Shown piece after piece: positions 1 through 5,648 of a stretch of DNA of 5,648 nt; positions within the stretch are counted from its first letter, which is position 1; each line of letters begins with the position of its first letter. This stretch comes from Octopus sinensis (lineage: Eukaryota). Position numbers and translations under genes: made by a program. The DNA is taken from contig NW_021829987.1 of NCBI RefSeq assembly GCF_006345805.1, positions 1 through 5,648 on the forward strand, in the 5' to 3' direction. The notes beneath the pieces are model-generated. The model saw nothing but the letters and a program-made list of their open reading frames with translations. It had not been told where the DNA came from and did not search any database.

Positions 1-11
1 TGGAGGCACAA

Positions 12-66
12 TGGCCTAGTGGTTAGGGTAGCGGACTCGCGGTCGTAAGAACGTGGATTCGATTCC
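12..66 (+). promoter_or_regulatory. RNA Pol III type 2 internal promoter (A box + B box) of SINE 1
   Basis: TGGCCTAGTGG fits TRGCNNARYNG. GATTCGATTCC fits GGTTCGANNCC with one mismatch. Confidence 0.75.
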
Positions 67-454
67 CAGACTGGGCATTGTGAATGTTTATTGGGCAAAA
101 ACACCTAAGCTCCACGATGCTCCGGCGAGGTGGGTGGTGAACCCCACTGAACTCTTTCACGTCAACTTTATCTCGCTCTTTCTTCCTACTTTGTGTAACC
201 CACTATGGTGTGGTAAACTTTCAGACCCTAGTCTAGATTGCGAATCCTCTGTACCCCGGGATGGTTCAGCTCTCCACCCGTTAAAAGCCACCGTTTACGG
301 AATGAAGATAACAACGTAGCTTTCGCGCCCGTGCAACCGCCAGTCTATCACGTGTGGTGGGTGGATCTTCAAGTTGCCAAACGCATTCTTAGTAGCTTAG
401 AGTAGGTTCGACTAAGAGATTCTTCATTGTGGCTAATGGCGTGAGTGCTGATTG

Positions 455-552
455 GAAGAAGCAGAAGAAAAGAAGAAGAAGAAGAAGAGAAGAAGAAGAA
501 GAAGAAGAAGAAGAAGAAGAAGAAGAAGAAGAAGAAGAAGAAGAAGAAGAAG
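455..552. repeat. (GAA)n microsatellite
   Basis: About 30 GAA units with a few interruptions, directly visible. Confidence 0.98.
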
Positions 553-760
553 CAATTTGTCAAATGTCATTATATTGACCTTTGACCAATATAGTGAAAT
601 AAAGATAAATTATGGTTTTTTTGCAATGATGGCGCGGGAAGAAAGTCGTCGGCGAAACATTCAAAAATTAAGGCTGACACATACAAGATGAGTTTTCCCT
701 CTTGGTCAACCAGCCAACTTGTATACGTTCACTGTCGAAGTTATACAATGCATTTCAAAT

Positions 761-784
761 AGGCAGAGGCAGGCAGGCAGGCAG
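761..784. repeat. short (GGCA)n repeat
   Basis: aggcagaggcaggcaggcaggcag. Confidence 0.8.
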
Positions 785-906
785 TGGGATATATTATTGT
801 CCATAAAAGAAGAAAGAGGCGTTAAGTGAACTAAACTTGTAAATATGCTGAAAACCGGAACCAGGTCCTGCAATTTGAGGTCACCTGCACTTTGCTTCTA
901 TATTTA

Positions 907-1093
907 AAATGGACGGCGGCATTTCTTTCAGTTCTTTACGTTTTGTGTATGAATGCCGCCGAGGTCGACTTCACCTTTTATTTGTTTCGGGATCGATAAA
1001 ATATGTAACCAGCTGTGCACTTATGTCGATGTAATCGATTTAAACCCCCTCCCCTCAAAATTGCTAGCCTATGCCAAAATTTGAAACAATTAT
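907..1093 (+). mobile_element. Decayed, 5'-truncated copy of SINE family 2
   Basis: Colinear with the reverse complement of 2548-2728. It includes a perfect 16-mer CCGCCGAGGTCGACTT (956-971 vs 2666-2681), then cctttyat..tttcgggrtcgataaa..taatcga, and ends in an ATT-rich tail. Confidence 0.88.
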
Positions 1094-1113
1094 AATTATT
1101 ATTTCTTCTGCAA

Positions 1114-1156
1114 TCGATAGAATGGACTACCAGTCATTTGCTGGGTCGATCAAATC
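1114..1156 (+). mobile_element. Small fragment of the SINE family 2 central domain
   Basis: tcgatagaatggactaccagtcatttgctgggtcgatcaaatc resembles tcgataaattaagtaccagttgcgtactgggattgatctaatc of the full copy. Confidence 0.5.
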
Positions 1157-1377
1157 CACATCGTATTCTTTACATATTTTTGTCACTGTGTTGACGTTAT
1201 TTTGATGTATGCACCTTGATTTTTTTTTCTTCAACGTGTCATTCCGTTTGAGCTATTTTTATACATTTTAGAATACGTGTATGATAGGTGGGGGTGTTGC
1301 AGTATGCGTATATTGATGTGTCAGCTTGCGTGTCCCGTATGTGTACGATGCATATGCACATCTATCTCTGTGTACAC

Positions 1378-1438
1378 TTGTATGTGTGTATGTGTATGTG
1401 TGTGTGTGTGTATGTTTGTGTGTATGTGTGTTTATGTG
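1378..1438. repeat. Imperfect (TG)n/(TATG)n microsatellite
   Basis: Directly visible. Confidence 0.9.
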
Positions 1439-1639
1439 AGATGGGAGGGGTATTACAGACATGCGAGGAAGGAAGTTGTAAGTTTCAACCTTCTATAGAA
1501 GAATCTATTGATCCAAGCAAGTAGAGCAAGGTCGCCCTCAACGTTAGTGCCGTGTGCAGTTTTAGTAAAGTTGAAGGGGAAGATGGGAAAGTGAGGGAGT
1601 AACACACGAGAAAGTGGTGGTGGCGGTGGGGGGGTGGAA

Positions 1640-1772
1640 GACGAGTAGATAGAGAGAAGGAGAAGCAGAAGGGGAAAGAGACAGAGAAGAGGAGAGAGAA
1701 AAACAGAGAGGGAAGGAGAGAGAGTGAGAGAGGTAATGATAAATAGAGGTGGAGATATAGGGAAAGTGAGAA
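1640..1772. repeat. Degenerate GA-rich polypurine tract
   Basis: Almost entirely A/G, with GAGA units. Confidence 0.8.
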
Positions 1773-2012
1773 TAATACAATATAACAGAATGTTTGTGTT
1801 TGCATTGGTGTATATATGTGTGTAGACTTGGTGAGAGAAGCGGACGTGAGAAGATGAGTGTACGTGTGTGAGAATAAGTGTTTTGTGTGTGAGTGTGTGT
1901 GCGTACATATATGTGAATGTGACCAAACAGCGTACAAGTAAGGGAAGGTATAATGTACTTCATGATATTTCATTGTTAGTAGGGGAAAGGCCAGCGACCA
2001 TGACCCTTAACG

Positions 2013-2172
2013 GGATGGGGTGGTCGTGTCTAGAACGTCTTTTTAGTATAGATCTATTCAGTCAGGCCTGATGTGAAACTTATATAACAAGGAGGCGGAA
2101 GACACACACGAACACCTGCACCCCAACATTCATATACACACTGCCGTTATCATTCATTCTCTCTCACACACA
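2013..2172 (+). repeat. Left arm of long-range inverted repeat (partner ~2941-3110)
   Basis: 2013-2054 matches the reverse complement of 3069-3110 at 36/42. 2067-2090 matches the reverse complement of 3039-3062 at 22/24. Weaker colinear similarity continues to ~2172. Confidence 0.85.
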
Positions 2173-2204
2173 CAATCACACGCGCGCACACACACGTACA
2201 CACA

Positions 2205-2269
<65 letters not shown>

Positions 2270-2276
2270 ACATACA
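2165..2276. repeat. (CA)n microsatellite
   Basis: Directly visible, with a long perfect core at ~2206-2264. Confidence 0.97.
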
Positions 2277-2341
2277 AAAATGGACGCGTTTGCAATAATG
2301 TGGACTCTGCTAAAGACATCCAAGAGCCAGACAGGTGTTAG

Positions 2342-2425
2342 GACTTTAGCAGGATTTGAACTCGGAACGTAAAGAGCCGGAACAAATAGTGCCAGATATC
2401 TAGTCCGACGTTCTTACAGTTTCGT
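2342..2425 (-). mobile_element. Decayed 5' (tRNA-head) fragment of SINE family 2
   Basis: gcaggatttgaactcggaacgtaaaga resembles gcggaatttgaactctgaacataaaga at 2678-2704. A B-box-like GAGTTCAAATCC is retained on the minus strand. Confidence 0.7.
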
Positions 2426-2476
2426 ATTCCATCATCTTGGATATGTTACTTTTTAGATGTGTCTGTATATGTCCTT

Positions 2477-2489
2477 GTGTGTGTGTGTA

Positions 2490-2548
<59 letters not shown>
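2477..2548. repeat. Compound (TG)n(GA)n microsatellite
   Basis: Directly visible. Confidence 0.97.
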
Positions 2549-2550
<2 letters not shown>

Positions 2551-2766
2551 CTTTTCTACTCTAGGCACAAAGACCCGAAATTCTTGAGGAGGTGGGGCAG
2601 TCGATTAGATCAATCCCAGTACGCAACTGGTACTTAATTTATCGACCCCGAAAGGATGAAAGGCAAAGTCGACCTCGGCGGAATTTGAACTCTGAACATA
2701 AAGACAGACGAAATACTGCTAAGCATTTCGCCTGGCGTGCTAACGTCTCTGCCAGCTCGCCGCCTT
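2548..2766 (-). mobile_element. Full-length tRNA-derived SINE (family 2), with a central domain resembling the Meta/MESC SINE domain
   Basis: The minus strand reads GGCGGCGAGCTGGCAGAGACGTTAGC (A-box-like, 2744-2754), then GAGTTCAAATTCC (B box, 2680-2692), then GGTCGACTTTGCCTTTCATCCTTTCGGGGTCGATAAATTAAGTACCAG. Related copies occur elsewhere in the window and (GA)n flanks both sides. The domain name is assigned from memory. Confidence 0.92.
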
Positions 2767-2798
2767 GAGAGAGAGAGAAAGAGAATGAAAGAGAATGG

Positions 2799-2847
<49 letters not shown>

Positions 2848-3025
2848 CTCATGTGTGTGAGAGAGAATGAAGAACAATGGAAGTGTATGTGCCTGTGTGT
2901 GTGTGTTTTGTGAATAAACTTGTATATGTGTATGCTTATGTGTGTGTGTGTGAGAGAGAGGGAGGGGCAGAATGAAAGCGTATGTATGTATACATGTGTA
3001 TGTGTGGGGAGTTGTGTGAGTGTAT
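2767..3025. repeat. Compound array of (GA)n-GAATGAA..-(TG)n units
   Basis: Units start at ~2767, ~2859 and ~2952. A perfect (GT)n runs 2801-2845. Confidence 0.8.
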
Positions 3026-3110
3026 GAGTATCACTTCTTTGTTATAAAAGTTTCATATCAGGGCGGTTGATCTATGATAAGAAGACGTTCTAGGCATGAC
3101 CATCCCATCC
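2941..3110 (-). repeat. Right arm of long-range inverted repeat (partner 2013-~2172)
   Basis: The reverse complement reads ggatgggatggtcatgcctagaacgtcttcttatcatagatc..cctgatatgaaacttttataacaa, which matches 2013-2090. Confidence 0.85.
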
Positions 3111-3132
3111 TTATTTCAACCACCCTATATAT

Positions 3133-3547
3133 CTCTTTACTCTTTTACTCTTTTACTTGTTTCAGTCATTTGACTGCGGTCATGCTGGAGCACCGCCTTT
3201 AGTCGACCAAATCGACCCCGGAACTTATTCTTTGTAAGCCCAGTACTTATTCTATCAGTCTCTTTTGCTGAACCGCTAAGTGACGGGGACGTAAACACAC
3301 CAGCATCGGTCGTCAAGCAATGCTAGGGGGACAAACACACAAACACATACAAACACATACATATACATATATATATACATATATACGACGGGCTTCTTTC
3401 AGTTTCTGTGTACCAAATCCACTCACAAGGCATTAGTCGGCCCGAGGCTATAGTAGAAGACACTTGCCCAAGATGCCACGCAGTGGGATTGAACTCGCAA
3501 CCATGTGGTTGGTTAGCAAGCTACTTACCACACAGCCACTCCTGCGC
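3133..3547 (-). mobile_element. Full-length tRNA-derived SINE (family 3) with an internal microsatellite and an (AGTAAAAG)n tail
   Basis: On the minus strand: A box TGGCTGTGTGG (3528-3538), B box GAGTTCAATCCC (3485-3496), and a CTTGGGCAAGTG motif typical of the post-tRNA region of CORE-type SINEs. It has an internal CA/TA repeat (3331-3385), a 3' hairpin (3163-3176) and a short tandem tail (3133-3157). TATATAT occurs on both flanks. It matches an abundant octopus SINE as I recall it. Confidence 0.92.
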
Positions 3548-3591
3548 ATATATATATTTTTTTTTTTTCTTTTTCTTAAGGTGGTCAGTGT

Positions 3592-3729
3592 AATTTGAAA
3601 GAGACTGGATTATTATTTCTAATTTGTCTAGCAATCGTATAGGGGCCCTCGGGGGACATGGTAAGATGAAATTATGAGGGGAATTTGGCTGTTATTTCTG
3701 ACTGGTGGAGCGACCACAGAGAACCCCTC
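3592..3729 (+). repeat. Two diverged ~60-bp direct repeats (3592-3650, 3670-3729)
   Basis: Ungapped alignment of 3596-3650 with 3675-3729 gives 33/55 identical, and 16 of the 22 differences are transitions. Confidence 0.6.
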
Positions 3730-3774
3730 ACGCTAAGTAGTAAAATGTTGCTGATATGTGGACATGTATCTGTG

Positions 3775-3818
3775 AATGTATGCATGTGTGTCGGTGTGTG
3801 TGTGTGTGCGTGTGTGTA

Positions 3819-3852
<34 letters not shown>

Positions 3853-3858
3853 CGCGCG

Positions 3859-3889
<31 letters not shown>

Positions 3890-3903
3890 TGGTGTGTGGT
3901 GTA
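3775..3903. repeat. (TG)n microsatellite with a (CG)n core at ~3848-3858
   Basis: Directly visible alternating purine-pyrimidine tract. Confidence 0.97.
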
Positions 3904-4009
3904 TGAATGTGAGGGTAGGTGTACGGCCGTGCAATCGACTCTTCCTTATTGATTTCCATTGTTCTGTTTTGGCTTCTTTTCGAGCTGGGATCTTTCTTAG
4001 ATGCTGTGT

Positions 4010-4067
4010 TTGTTGTTGTTGTTGTTGTTGTAGTTTTTGTTTGATTTTTATTTTATTTTATTTTATT
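4010..4067. repeat. (TTG)n followed by (TTTTA)n
   Basis: (TTG)7 at 4010-4030 and TTTTA units at ~4046-4067. Confidence 0.9.
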
Positions 4068-4129
4068 TCTTTCGTTTCATTTCAGATATTTCTTTTCTTC
4101 GTTTCTATTCATTTTTCTTTGCTTTCTGT

Positions 4130-4160
<31 letters not shown>

Positions 4161-4326
4161 CTCTCTCCCTCTCACATTCTCTCTCTCCCTCTCCCTCTCC
4201 CTCTCCCTCTCCCTCTCCCTCTCCCTCTCTCTCTCCCTCTCTCTCTCCCTCTCACTCCCTCGCATACTCTCTCTCTCTGTTTGTGTGTGTCTCTCTCCCT
4301 TTCTCTCTCCTTTTCTACTTCTCTCT
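4130..4326. repeat. (CT)n/(CCCTCT)n polypyrimidine tract
   Basis: Directly visible. Confidence 0.95.
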
Positions 4327-4330
4327 GACG

Positions 4331-4588
4331 TACACAAACACATATATGTATACATACATACATATGTACATACATACAAACACACACATACAAACACTCA
4401 TACATACATACATACATAGATACATACATACATACATACATACATACATACATACGTACGTACGTACATATATACATACAAACACTCATACATACATACA
4501 CATACATACACATACATACATACATACATACATACATACATACGTACGTACATACGTACATACATACATACATACATACATACATACA

Positions 4589-4622
<34 letters not shown>

Positions 4623-4624
4623 CA
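4331..4624. repeat. (TACA)n tetranucleotide microsatellite with TACG variants
   Basis: Directly visible, about 290 bp. Confidence 0.97.
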
Positions 4625-4709
4625 GATGTGTGAGGGTAGGGATGTCACGCTTTCTATTATCTATTTACAAACGCATACACACGCGTTTCACTTTCTATTT
4701 GTCTCACTT

Positions 4710-4820
4710 TTCACTCTTTCTTTTTCCCTTTCTCTCTTCCGCTCTCTCTCCCCCTTTCTCTCTCTCTCTCTCTCTCTCTCCCCTCTCTATCGTTCTCTCT
4801 CCTTCTGTTCTTTGTCTTTT
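4710..4820. repeat. CT-rich tract with (CT)n core
   Basis: Directly visible. Confidence 0.9.
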
Positions 4821-4881
4821 CGTGCACAAAAAAATAAACAGCTGCACGCACATTTCTAAACTTAACCGCTTCACTACATAC

Positions 4882-4884
<3 letters not shown>

Positions 4885-4914
<30 letters not shown>

Positions 4915-5008
4915 TGTATGTATGTATGTATGTATATATGTATGTATATATGTATATATGTATGCGTGTGTGTGTATGTATGTGTGTGTATGTATGTGTG
5001 TACGTATG
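4885..5008. repeat. (TATG)n microsatellite
   Basis: Directly visible. It is the reverse complement of the upstream (CATA)n. Confidence 0.97.
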
Positions 5009-5188
5009 AGTCTATAGTAAATTCAATACATTATATTCTGGTATTATATTCCTTGTCGAATAGAGAGAATACTCTATATATGATATAGAGTATAGACTTC
5101 ATTTAAATCCATTTGATGAACCTAGCCGACAACAGTTGTGGTGGGAAACTAGAGTCTCCAGAAAGAATTCACTTAAAATAAATTATAC

Positions 5189-5243
<55 letters not shown>
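5189..5243. repeat. (AAT)n microsatellite, 5' flank of the LINE fragment
   Basis: About 18 perfect units. Confidence 0.98.
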
Positions 5244-5244
<1 letters not shown>

Positions 5245-5399
5245 AGTACCAGTAATCGTAGGATCTCTAGGAATGATTAAAAAAAAAAGGTACTGAAACC
5301 TATTTGAAAATGATACCAGGCTTACCATCCCTACAGGAAGTGCAAAAAATCGTGTTAACAAGAATAGCTCATGTACTGATAAGAGCATTATCGCAGTGA
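5243..5399 (+). pseudogene. Frameshifted remnant of the retrotransposon polyprotein C-terminus (end of the restriction-like endonuclease region)
   Basis: About 51 codons, no start codon, and one extra base in the poly-A run. Confidence 0.8.
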
Positions 5400-5560
5400 A
5401 AACAACATCCACTCATGCATTTATTTATTTATTAATTTTTAAATACATATTTTACCTGTGAATTTGCGTGTGTAATCTGGGAATGCATACAATGAGCTTC
5501 TCTGCCCAGGTGTACGGAAAACACTCGGCGTGAAACGGAAGAAAATTGAAGAAAGAGGAA
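5243..5560 (+). mobile_element. 5'-truncated R4/Dong-like non-LTR retrotransposon (ORF C-terminus + 3' UTR)
   Basis: Manual translation gives TVPVIVGSLGMIKK(K), a frameshift in the A10 run (5279-5288), then GTETYLKMIPGLPSLQEVQKIVLTRIAHVLIRALSQ* (TGA 5397-5399). This fits the R4-clade C-terminal pattern P(I/V)xxGALG..IQKxxLLGTAHILR. A ~160-bp 3' UTR follows. The fragment is embedded in (TAA)n, the known Dong target. Confidence 0.85.
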
Positions 5561-5600
<40 letters not shown>

Positions 5601-5621
5601 TAATAATAATAAGAATAATAA
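5561..5621. repeat. (AAT)n microsatellite, 3' tail/target of the LINE fragment
   Basis: About 17 perfect units plus one AAG interruption. Confidence 0.98.
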
Positions 5622-5648
5622 ACTTTTCTTACAGTGCTCAAATGCACT

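Larger units (their letters stand above)
1..552 (+). mobile_element. tRNA-derived SINE (family 1): tRNA(Arg)-like head, unique body, probable (GAA)n tail
   Basis: Pol III A box TGGCCTAGTGG (12-22) and B box GATTCGATTCC (56-66) occur at tRNA-like spacing. The head resembles tRNA-Arg but lacks a clean acceptor stem. Positions 1-~190 match an octopus SINE as I recall it. Extending the element over 190-454 to the (GAA)n run is inferred. Confidence 0.7.

Noticed and set aside
2-76. Functional tRNA gene
   Set aside because: It has A/B boxes but no proper acceptor or anticodon stems and no Pol III terminator directly after. It continues into a SINE body.
53-319. 88-aa ORF
   Set aside because: It starts at GTG inside the SINE head and has no recognisable motif.
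369-691. Poly-F and poly-K/R ORFs
   Set aside because: These are translations of (GAA)n.
1616-1637. G-quadruplex candidate ggtggtggcggtgggggggtgg
   Set aside because: Mostly GG runs, so the motif is weak and has no supporting context.
1268-2071. Overlapping 64-162 aa ORFs on both strands
   Set aside because: They come from stop-poor TG/GA low-complexity sequence and give CV/HT/SL-rich peptides with no domain signal.
2007-3114. piggyBac/MITE with TTAA TSD bounding the inverted repeat
   Set aside because: TTAA occurs only on the left (2007-2010). The right side reads TTAT and the termini do not match exactly.
3672-5088. Long ORFs of up to 198 aa
   Set aside because: They derive from (TG)n, (CT)n and (TACA)n repeats and give dipeptide/tetrapeptide repeat translations.
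5173-5647. Minus-strand ORFs with poly-L/poly-I (membrane-protein-like)
   Set aside because: The hydrophobic runs come from (ATT)n. The real coding remnant is on the + strand.
1-5648. CRISPR array, operon or other prokaryotic system
   Set aside because: There are no regularly spaced repeats with unique spacers and no gene-dense coding. The content is typical of an animal genome.

Overview
This window is eukaryotic, non-coding, repeat-saturated DNA, either intronic or intergenic. The SINE families look like ones I recall from octopus/coleoid cephalopod genomes, but that is an inference from memory. No intact protein-coding gene is supported: the supplied ORFs are translations of microsatellites, SINEs or low-complexity sequence. 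The window holds tRNA-derived SINEs of three families (1-~552 +; 2548-2766 -, with decayed relatives at 907-1093 +, 1114-1156 + and 2342-2425 -; 3133-3547 -). It also holds a 5'-truncated R4/Dong-like non-LTR retrotransposon 3' end inside a (TAA)n tract (5243-5560), which the ORF track missed, and many simple repeats. The most unusual unexplained structure is a long-range inverted repeat (2013-~2172 / ~2941-3110) whose substitutions are mostly G-U wobble-compatible for a + strand transcript. There is no CRISPR array or other prokaryotic system.
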